A stretch of DNA of 64,000 nt from Octopus vulgaris. Lineage: Eukaryota. The stretch lies in assembly GCA_951406725.2 (NCBI GenBank), contig OX597827.1, positions 79,918,001 through 79,982,000 of the forward strand. The letters run 5' to 3'. Positions 54,013 to 64,000 of the stretch are shown here, one piece after another; the first letter of the stretch is position 1, and each line of letters starts with the position of its first letter. Made by a program: the position numbers and the translations under genes. A model generated the notes under the pieces. That model worked only from the letters and a program-made list of their open reading frames with translations. It was not told the DNA's origin and did not search any database.

Positions 54013-55008
54013 TGTGTTTATCAGTACCATAGCGTGTGTGTTGTCAGTGATGTACAACCCTCATAACTTAATGTTTCCAGTCGTGTGCTTTAGTCTCTAT
54101 TATCTGATTCTTGAAAAAGAGCGAAACTGACACACATTAAATAACAGGTAAAAATCTCCACCAGTCTCATCATTTTGGGAAAATCTCTACAGATATTTAA
54201 TTCTTCCAAAACACCTGTACTTCAACACACACACACACACACAGAGAGGAAAGACCTTCATTCTGAGTTAGAGAAGTAAACATTTGTCTCGTGTGATAGC
54301 AACCGATCCCTGGAGAAACTAGTTCAGACTCTCCTCCCAAGACCAGTCCCCATTTGATTGTTCGTTCGAATCTACAATTATTTTGTCGCTCCCCCACCGC
54401 CCACCCCCATTCACCTTAAACTGATGAAGAAAGCATGTTCTCCGGAAAGTACCTGCTGCTGCTGCTGCTGCTCACAACACTTAACAGGTAGGTCAAGCTG
54501 AAAACATTGAACAACTGCAACCTTGTGGAGCAGAACAAAAAGGATGTGTAATTGAAATAATAAAGGGGGGGGGGACAAAGAAGCTGGCAGCTAATTAGAA
54601 ATTAAATTAAAGTTGGAGAGCCTGGGTGGGTAGAAGGAAAACACCAACGTTCTATTTTTATACACTGAATATCTGAAGGTTGGATGCTTTTAGGGAAGAA
54701 AATAATCTCAGAAAAAAGTACGACCGATATATAACACACACACACACACACACACTCTTTAATATTAAGGCTATGTTTCTGTATATGTCCTTGCATAAAT
54801 ATCTACTTAAAATTGCATAAACCTTTGTGTGTGTGTGTGTGTTTATGTTGTGTGCAGGTGTGAACGTTTGTTTGCATTTACACATGTGTATCTATATACA
54901 AGCATCATGAAAACAACATAGCCGATGCTTATTTCTCGTATGTGTTAAAGAAATATTTTCATACATTCTACATAAACAGATCTGAAAAGTTATGTATATG
55001 TTCCTCTG

Positions 55009-55073
<65 letters not shown>

Positions 55074-56246
55074 ATGTAGGAAGGAACTTCTGCATGCATG
55101 TGTATTTTTGAACATAAGTTGGTTTGTGCATAGGTGAATGCTTGTGTGTATATGTGTCTATATGCATGCATTATTTCAGTACACACACACACGAACATAT
55201 ATATACACATACATAAATATGGCTTTACATACATGCACACACGTAAAGAGGTATATTTATGTATACATGTGTGTGGTGTAGGTATATACGCAGTGTTTCT
55301 ATAGGAATAAGAAATCTGCCTGCTTCAATTGAAATGAAATAACAAAGAATAAATTGAGGTAAGTTGTATGGGAGTGAATATCTGCTCATCTCCATTGTAG
55401 AGTGTAAATTGAAGCAGCTTAACGGTGGTGGTCGGGGAGGGAAGGGAGTTGGTGCTGTGGTGCTGGTGGGGGAGGGGGAAGGGATGGTAGTGCAAAGAGG
55501 AAGTGATAGGTGGAAGCAGCAGAGATCTGCTAAGGGCATTAACCACGTTATTATTGGTAGAATATGCAGAAGGCTGGCATGACCGTCTGGCCAGCAGAGC
55601 AGGGTCATTGATCTAACTAATAACAATAAAGAAATGACTTTAAAATGGGATAAGGTTGTTTTTCTTTTCTCCCCTATTCCTACAAAATTGCTGGCTCTCC
55701 CTGCCCCGCCGAGGAATTAAAGGCCAGCAACTAACACAAGAAACAATTCTTTGTGTACAGTTTCTCACTTGTATAAGGCCTGAGGCTAACCATTAGAAGG
55801 AGACATTACAGCTGATCAATAAACCTTCCAAGCAAGAAATAGAAGAGGAAAATGTCTAAAAATATCCAACAGAGTTATTTTCCTGCTGGTGCAGTATTAC
55901 TGATATATTAGATAGATGGTCCCAGCAATAGCACAGCTTTTTTCATTAACAACATCTTCCAACTTGTTTAACCTGATAAAAGAACAAATTCTTCAACACA
56001 AAATAAATCTAATTTATTATCAATATATTTTTCGCAGAATATATGAAATTTTCCAAGGAATATGGGGAAATTATTTACTACTAGATATGTTTGGCGAAAT
56101 TCTTCAGAATCTTACAGCTTTCTATCTTAACTAATAAATCTAATTCTCTGGCTGGTTTTCTTATTTGTTTATTTATTTTTTTTTTTATTTCTTAGATTTT
56201 TCAGCTTGTCTGATTTAGGTGTCAGAAATAGCAGGAACATACTCAC

Positions 56247-56465
56247 CTTTATTGTGTAAATTCCCAGTATTCTCCAGTATTATTAATACTCCAGTATGAC
56301 TGCTGCTGTGGTGTGACATGTTGATGGATTAGTGAAGTGAATAAGTCATTGGGAATCTGTAGTTCTTTCTTCTCTCACTATTCTGTCTATGTGTGATGTT
56401 TAGTAAACGGGAAGGTGGGTGTGGAGGAGATGGATGATACTTTCTCCACCTTCAGTTAGATTGGT
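56247..56465 (-). promoter_or_regulatory. Candidate promoter and non-coding first exon of the protocadherin
   Basis: Perfect donor AAG|GTGAGT at 56247/56246; CCACACCC (KLF/CACCC) box at 56417-56424; CCAAT box at 56460-56464; all on the minus strand in unique sequence. Confidence 0.4.
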
Positions 56466-58499
56466 TGAGATGTGTTTCCCTGTGAGAGATGAAGGAGACG
56501 ACCCAACAACAGCACCAAACAATAAAACAAGTTAAGGCCAGTGTTTCAAATGAGCAGTTTTCAATTTTTTCCCAAAATCTACACTTCTCAAAGACAGCAA
56601 CACATTATAGATATTACAGTTAAGCAAATTTGGTCAGACCAGGTAAAATATATAAATAGAATTTATCAGTCATATATACCTGATTTTATTGTCAATTAGA
56701 TTTTCTTTTTGCAAAATTTCTTTCTTTATAGCAAACATTTCATTTTACTTAAATTTTCCAACAGTTAGGCATTTGAAAGGTTGGTAGCTGATAGTTCAGG
56801 TTAGGATCATTATTTCATTAGCAGATATAATTTAATTTTCATGAAATTAATATTCACTTACTTGTCCTTACACCTGTGTATAGAATAACAGGTGTTATAC
56901 AAACAAGGCTCAATAAATGAACCAATTTTTTCCTAAGTAAACTTCTCACTGTTTTCTAAGGGGCCACAGGTATATTCTCAAATTCCTCAAGTCTGGGACA
57001 GTATGCATAACAATAAAGATGTTTAGACATGTTGATTGACTACTGTTTAACTATCTTACCTCTATGTATCTTCTATGGATCTTCTGAAACGCTCAGAATG
57101 GGATTCTGGCGAGAGATTGTCGCTGGACTTCATCATGTTAACGTTCTAAGATTTAGTATTCCTCTACTTGTTCTAAGATGTAATACTTTAACTGATGCCA
57201 ACATACCCTGGAAGAATCCATTATCTTTACACACTAATAAATAATGGATACAAAACGAAGCATATAACTTTCCAAAACTAAATGGAAACAGAAACGACAG
57301 GAGGGTCTAAGGCTGTTCTATGCACAGAGATCCCCAAAGGGGACAGTTCAAAATTCATTGACAGAACCTTTTAAAATTATATTTTATAATCAGATAATAT
57401 ATATCATAGGCTTCAATTAATTTTCACCATTTTTATTTTCAGTTACATTGTGAGAGAAAGTTAAAGAAATCTTATTTAGTTATAGAAATGACAACTGAGA
57501 AATTATGCAAATCCAACATGAAAATATTAAATCATGCTGTCTCAGTGTTCCGATTCATTAAAATTACTTTTTATCACTATTTCACATCATATTTTGAATA
57601 TTAAACTATCAGCAAACTGATAAAGAAGGAAAATTAGCAAAATGCAATAGTTGAAAATGTTGTTTTTTATTGTGTGTCGTTAAACGATGCCTATGATTGA
57701 TGGGGAGATAATTAAGAGGCAACTGAATAATTCATTTTCTAAATTAATTAGTTTTTTCACAATAATTTAAAGACACAAGTAATCCACCAAGTGCTAAGGA
57801 TATTTCCTTATTGTAATAATATAATAGTTATATCAAGACTTATTTACAGCAATTATTTTCATTTCATATTAATTAGCCTAAGTCGCTCTCCATTTATTCT
57901 AATTTTAAATCAGTTCCTATTTTCAGATATTTTAATTTATATTACAACAATGCTGTTTTTTTACAATTTATACAACGATATATTTCATTTTTTTCTTTTA
58001 TTTTTTCTAGTTTTTTTTTTTATGGTATTTCATTCAATTTAGTAAATTTGCAAGATTGTTAGAACATAAACAGTTTCAAATCTTTAAAGGGTCAATTTCA
58101 ATTTTTATCCTCCGGGGCCAGTCAAGTAGTGGAGTTGATTTCAAATGAGCAAACTTCAGACATTAATGCTTCAGATTAAATAGAATAGATTTTCCCAGTG
58201 GTAGGAAACTTCTGTTCCAATTCATGTGACATGTATTATATGTGATATGAATATTATCATGTATAAGTGTTGTATGATATTGTCTAATGTGATAATAATG
58301 AGATTATGGCATACAGTACTCAGGTGCATGACAACCCATTGAAAATGTTTAAAAGAGGAGACAGAAAGCTGTCATAGTTCAGAAAAAGATAGCAATAAAA
58401 AAAAAGCCACAGGTAGATGTGTGGTACACGGACTAAAACACTGAAAGACAGTCAGTAGTGTTGGAGATGGAGTGTCTGGGTTTTCAAAAGTCAAAATGC

Positions 58500-59400
58500 C
58501 AGCACAGAATTTGGCACCATGTGTCCCCACACTTTTTGAGATCCTCAGTAATCTGCCCTGCATGGGGATTTCAGAGTATACTGATTAGAGTGAGGCAACT
58601 GTTTCAAATGTATATATTTCTAGAACACTTTACTATCTGGGTTGCTCTTCCTTCTTTAGATTTAAATACTCCTTGTTTAGTCATTTGCTTGATATGGTTG
58701 CTGTTTTAATATAATCTGTATTCATGTTTGGCATCTCCTCTTCCTTTCCTGACAAGGCAGGCTGTTGCAGTATCCCAGATTGCACTCCTAAGGTTTTTAA
58801 TGCATTCATATGATGCAGATGCCTTGCACGTCAGCCCAGATTGAATTGAAGATTTGCTGAAGCATAGCATTATCTCTAGAATTGTAAAATGCAGGCCATT
58901 TTAAATGCTGTACAAGAGGAATTCCAGTCAAAGTACGCAGTTTGGAGGTGGTAGTGGCTTTTCATTCTACTCATAAGAGACTGATTGGCAATGATCAGGG
59001 TGTGATTAGAGTCACCCAAAGAGTCCTTGATCGTGATGCTGGTAACAGTTTCTGGAGCAGTGATGAAATAGCATAATCCCAAGTGTTGTCACCTCTTGTG
59101 GGAAATGACTTCTTGGGACTGGTTTGAATCCAGGACTGAATCTAGGAAATCTCTTGCACTTTCCAGTTGATGGAGAAAGGTTTCCAAAACAATCTCTAAA
59201 TAGTTGAAATAACCAGTGATAAAAAGATAGGGAACTGTTTTCTTAGATGCAGTTGTGAGGGTCTCAGAAAGTTGTGTGTCTTGATAGTAATTTGCTGGGG
59301 TGATAAGCAACTCCAGTTATCATGTGGTATGTTGTAGTGTAGGCTACATGTATTAGCATTCTGGATCCATCCCAGTCCATTTGTTTCTCTCAGAAATACC
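58500..59400 (-). mobile_element. CR1-like LINE endonuclease remnant
   Basis: YLFITGYFNYLEI...ARDFLDSVLDS...ITIKDSLGDSNHTLI, resembling APE GDFN and SDH motifs. Confidence 0.55.
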
Positions 59401-59525
59401 TTAGTGACACAACCTCTCCACACATCCAGTCAATATTCATTTATCACTCATCTTGCTTATATAAATAATTATTTCATATTTCATTTGCTTTTTTTTGTTG
59501 TTGTTTTTTCAAAATATCTAACATA

Positions 59526-59925
59526 GGCGCAGGAGTGGCTGTGTGGTAAGTAGTTTGCTAACCAACCACATGGTTCCGGGTTCAGTCCCACTGCGTGGCA
59601 TCTTGGGCAAGTGTCTTCTGCTATAGCCCCGGGCTGACCAATGCCTTGTGAGTGGATTTGGTAGACGGAAACTGAAAGAAGCCTGTCGTATATATATGTA
59701 TGTATGTGTATGTGTTTGTGTGTCTGTATTTGTACCCCTAGCATTGCTTGACAACTGATGCTGGTGTGTTTACGTCCCCGTCACTTAGCGGTTCGGCAAA
59801 AGAGACCGATAGAATAAGTACTGGGCTTACAAAGAATAAGTCCTGGGGTTGATTTGTTTGACTAAAGGCGGTGCTCCAGCATGGCCACAGTCAAATGACT
59901 GAAACATGTAAAAGAGTAAGAGAGT
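59526..59925 (+). mobile_element. Full-length tRNA-derived SINE (family A)
   Basis: Close reverse complement of 4637-5055. More decayed copies at ~41025-41400, 49895-50160 and 63160-63550. Confidence 0.85.
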
Positions 59926-60100
59926 ATATCCACGTATTTAGTGAAGTTTCTATTTCTTTCGCATGATCCATTTAAAGAATATCACACACTTTAGTCTTGA
60001 TGATTCCTCATAGTGCTTTAATGAAATCTTATTATTTTCTTAGATAAAATAATATCTGAGATGAATAATGGATAAAATTAATGAGAATTTCTGAGTTTAA

Positions 60101-60303
60101 CCCTTTTGTTACTCTATTTATTTTGAGATGCTCTGTGTTTCTTTCAAAGAATTTAGTAAAATAACTTAGTTGTCATTCAGCTAGTGTTAGGAACATAAAT
60201 TGCGACTAAGGTTTGGTGGAAGATTTTAATTCAAAACTTATGAAAACAAGACACTTGTACTACAGAGCCAGAACTGGTTTCAGCCGTGTTGGTAATGAAA
60301 GGG
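60101..60303. mobile_element. piggyBac-type MITE
   Basis: TTAA TSD (60097-100, 60304-07); TIRs cccttttgttac / gtaatgaaaggg. Confidence 0.8.
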
Positions 60304-60493
60304 TTAAAGGCATTTTATTTTTCCCCTGTTTATCTCCCTTTGAGTTTCAGTGCCTGAACAGAAAGGGACCCTGAAAAACATACAACAACTAAACTCACAT
60401 TTTTCAGGGTTTTATTTAGAAATAATAAAAATCAAGAACTTAACATAAAAGAAAAATAATCAAGTTTTGGGGTTTGATACCACAACACAGCAC

Positions 60494-60636
60494 CACTAGC
60501 ATAGCTGGGGGTGGGGCGGGTAGGCAGTCCGTCCTTGGTGGCACTTTTATTGCTATAGGCAATATGTAGCTTTGGGGTGGGGTGGGGGGCAAACGGAAGG
60601 GGCGACCGGGGCAGCAGACACTCTGGCTACGCTGGT
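60494..60636. mobile_element. GC-rich MITE-like element
   Basis: Ends actagcatagct / ggctacgctggt are imperfect inverted repeats; G-tract-rich interior. Confidence 0.4.
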
Positions 60637-61655
60637 GCATAGCACTATGGGCAAATGTGTCTTACTGCAAACTCAGGTTGACAAACATCCCTTTAGTAGA
60701 ATTTGGTGTAAGGAAACCTTGCCGAAGATGTTGTGTGGGTTTGTCATAAAACATATAACATTGTGTGATTCAATAAATAAAGCTCAATAAAATAAATTCC
60801 AGACAGAAATAATGATGGACTGGCATGGCTAAAACCCTTGAATGAAGTGCTATAGCATGGCCACAATCCAAAGAACAAAAGATTACCAAGTAATTCTGTT
60901 TACCTGACATGAATGGTATTTCATTAGGAATCCAACAGAATCACTGACATCACTTGTCTGAGAATATAACATTTCTATATCTGTTTAAAAGAAGGGAGTT
61001 CCTGGTGGTCGGTGAAGACAGAACTGAGGACAGATTGATACAAAGTTTAGGGCATGGGGATGAGTTCTATATTAGGGGGTCGATCAATGATTGTCTTGCT
61101 TTCTGTGTAAAAGTAAATGAATCAAACACAGAATGAAAGGAAAATCTGAGAGAAATTTCCTTCAATGGATTAAAATAAGCAAACAATATTGAATAGGAGG
61201 AGGGGAAGAAGGCATCATCAGTTCAATCAGTGTCCACCACCACCCACAGGATATGAGGTGAGACTGACCTCTACTTTACTTAAACTAACCAATATTAAAA
61301 CTCACCTGACAGATATTTAAAAGATCATCAAAGATACTGCTTAATGATAACACTTTAACAATGCAGTGTTGAAACTGTATTTCAAGACAACTCATACATG
61401 GTACATAGAAACGCATCTTGGCAGGTTGTTCCAACTCAATTATATGAAAGAAATTTAAGAATTATTTAAATATGAAAATATTTAGCTACTTAAAATCAAT
61501 AAAGACCAAAGTGTGACAATATCAAATCCCAAAACTTTCTTATTTATGTGAAAAGAAGGAATCCAGAGCAGCCTTAGATTTTAATTTTGATTTTAGAAAA
61601 CTATGAAAACCTAATATTAACGACACAAACCAAAAAAGCATAATATATCATGCAT

Positions 61656-61921
61656 TCAATGTTTTGGGGTGGAATTGCAGTCTTCAGGATAGTAATGGCT
61701 CCTCGAATGACCATATCTCTCTGACATCTCTCCTCGATTACCTGACATCACAGGTACACTGTTGTTACCTTGATAGATCAACTGTCTCATCTCATTGCGA
61801 CATTGGTATGCCTGTTTCTCTTCTGCTGTTCTTTCAGATGAGCTATTTCTCACATTGTTACATCTCACAATACACAGGGTTATAGAAACCACAATAGCTA
61901 TAGATACTATCACAGCTGCTA
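61656..61921 (-). pseudogene. Paralogous protocadherin TM and proximal cytoplasmic segment (gene fragment or separate exon)
   Basis: VAAVIVSIAIVVSITLCIVRCNNVRN...KQAYQCRNEMRQLIYQGNNSVPVMSGN...HSRSHYYPED aligns with 22610-22859. No cadherin repeats upstream in this window. Confidence 0.85.
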
Positions 61922-62439
61922 CTGAACAAAGGTGGTAGGCTTGGTACAATTGATGTGGAGGCTTTCAAGATGGATGTTAGATTACTGAAAGAACAGATTC
62001 GTAGAGATGCTGTGGTTATTGATGCAGTTATCAGAAGTCAGTTCCAGTGGAGTTGGGCTTCAGATTTTACTCGAACTGAACAGACTTAAGGCCAAAGATG
62101 TTCTGACCAAGACCATCTCTCGTTTTCAATGTCAAAACATGCATTGTTCAGTGTATCTTTTCTTAAGACGTTAGAGTGTGCATTTAGGGAATTCACCTGC
62201 TATTTCCAACAGTTTGAGTGACCATGCATAGACTCCTTTGTTGGTTTGTATTGATGTTATTAAATATTAAGGGGTCAGGTCTGTTTAAGCAGATTTCTAA
62301 CTCAATAACCAAAGTTGATAGACCAGCACAGAATTTAATCCATGTGTCATAATCAATGTGGCAGCCATGTCACTGTGCTATGTGTGGGTTTGTTAGAGAT
62401 TTGATTTCCCAGAAGATGACCAAAAACATTGCACAGAGA

Positions 62440-62915
62440 GCATCAACCCATGTTTCATCACTGGTGATGATGGTCTTTCTTCATGAAGTCTGGGTCATGG
62501 TTTGCACAGTCCAGCATGTCCTGGAGTTGCTTTTGCTGCTTTGCCAGCACCTTGGGGAGGGGTTTTGCCTACACTCTCCACATGCACAAATCCTCTCTTA
62601 AAATGCAATGCACTGGTCCTTGTGCTTATTTCCATTTTGTGAGCCATTTCCTGGATTGTTACACAAAGGTCTCCCATGACTGTTTGCCGAATCTTTTCAA
62701 CTGGCTCCTCGTTTCTGAAAACCAAGATGTCCTGAGTGTGCATTGCTCTCCGCTGAGGTGCAGCCATGTTTGAAGCAGTTGTAGCACTCCTTCATCTTAG
62801 TCCTACCCATGCTGTTATCATCACCAAACGCCTGCTGAATCTCTGGATGCCTTGAGTTTGAGCATCTCTAAACTTTTGGCAAAACTTCATGCAATATCTC
62901 TGCCTGATGCATTTG
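62440..62915 (-). mobile_element. Mariner transposase N-terminal fragment
   Basis: QRYCMKFCQKF...IQQAFGDD...ECYNCFKHG...EKIRQTVMGD...TIQEMAHKMEIST...DPDFMK...IITSDETWV, frameshifted. Confidence 0.75.
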
Positions 62916-64000
62916 GTGAAAGCAAAATTCCGATGAGTGTGCACCGCTTGCTGCTGGCGAGGGGGAGCAAGTCAACATTCCCTCTGACCAGAAAGCTACT
63001 CTTTTGTAGGGGGACCCATTTACAGCTGGGTGGATGGGACCAACATGAAATGAAGGGTTTTGCTCAAGAACATAATGCATCACACCATTTGGCAATCAAA
63101 CCCACAATAGTGATCGTGAATGCAAGCCTCCCTAACCACAAGGCCTTCATCGTTTTTCACGTATATAATGTAACTGAGCGTGTGACTGAGGAGTTTGCCT
63201 CCAACCCGTGGGGTCTTTGGTTCACTCTTCCTGCTGCACATGATCCCTTGGGCAGGGGTCTTCTACTGTAGTCCCAGGTTGATTAAAGCCTTATGAGTGG
63301 ATTTGGTAGATAAAAACTGGAAGAAGCTAATCGGGTGCATGTGTGTAGTATGTGTTGTGTATCTATGGATATATCCAACACTGCCCCTTGACAACCAGTG
63401 TTGGTGTGTTTATGTCCCTGTAACTTAAAGTGGTTTGACAAAATGGGATGGGACTGCTAGAATAAGTACAAAGCCTAAAACAAGTACTGGGGTCGATCCG
63501 TTTGAGTGAACCATTTATGGCCACAGTCCAGTGACTGAAACAAGTAAAAAAGAAGACATCATCATCATTGGGTTAATGTCTTCTTTCCCATGTCTGTAAG
63601 TGTTGCATGGAATTTCGTTGAGGCTTGCTTCTCGACCACATAGTTTCAGGTTCACTTTCACTGTGTGGTACCTTGGCCTTCCACTCTAGTCCCAGAACAA
63701 CAAAACCTTGTGAGTGGGTTTGGTTGATGGAAACTGAAAGAAGCTTGTTATCCTTATAAAATCATATCATTTTATAAGCACAGGATTTAAATGTGAGTCA
63801 CCATAATTTTCCTACTTGGATGGTACAGTGACCAAACACACTTGTAAAGAATGCCAGATGCTATCCTGAAATTGTTCAGTTCCCCCAAATAAACATGGCT
63901 GCTCTGTAAGAAGAACAAGCAAAGAAAAGATTAACATGGAAAAGAAAGAGGAAAATGAGAAAAAGAAAGCTTGAAAGGCAGAGAGATTAGAGTTATGTCC

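Noticed and set aside
53037-54066. Three 320-340 aa ORFs and CACTATAGGG matches to the T7 promoter 3' end
   Set aside because: The ORFs are translations of a 21-bp repeat. The upstream T7 promoter sequence is absent and degenerate genomic copies exist, so this is not vector contamination.
54421-54455. CTGATGA...GAAA-gtac hammerhead candidate
   Set aside because: Lacks the UH cleavage site and stem I pairing.
56264-56298. Repeated CAGTATT/AATACTG resembling the miR-8/miR-200 seed
   Set aside because: No precursor-length hairpin, the rest of the mature sequence does not match, and the seed-match strand is opposite to the predicted transcript.
60904-61101. Possible small minus-strand exon (TSDVSDSVGFLMKYHSCQ, 60957-60904) downstream of the paralog fragment
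   Set aside because: Splice signals are moderate, the stronger acceptor near 61101 gives stops in all frames, and I see no homolog downstream of the intact exon.

Overview
AT-rich, microsatellite- and transposon-dense animal DNA. The SINE types, the repeat landscape and the protocadherin architecture point to a cephalopod, probably Octopus (inference). The one intact protein-coding unit is a large minus-strand protocadherin exon (~24945-22585: signal peptide, six cadherin repeats, TM, start of the cytoplasmic tail) with clear splice sites at both ends. A candidate promoter and non-coding first exon lie ~31 kb upstream (~56247-56465). A frame-preserved TM/cytoplasmic piece of a paralogous protocadherin sits at 61656-61921 in the same orientation. 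The rest is decayed RTE, CR1, R4/Dong and Penelope retroelements, mariner/Tc1 transposons, piggyBac-type MITEs, tRNA-derived SINEs, two minisatellites (43 bp and 21 bp) and local duplications. The most striking non-coding signal is about eight minimal type-I hammerhead-ribozyme-like motifs, mostly in small (TA)n-embedded or fold-back elements. They include a natural G3-C8 swapped-core variant, versions with very long stem II, and two copies on the sense strand of the predicted protocadherin intron. All structures were folded by eye and none was tested.
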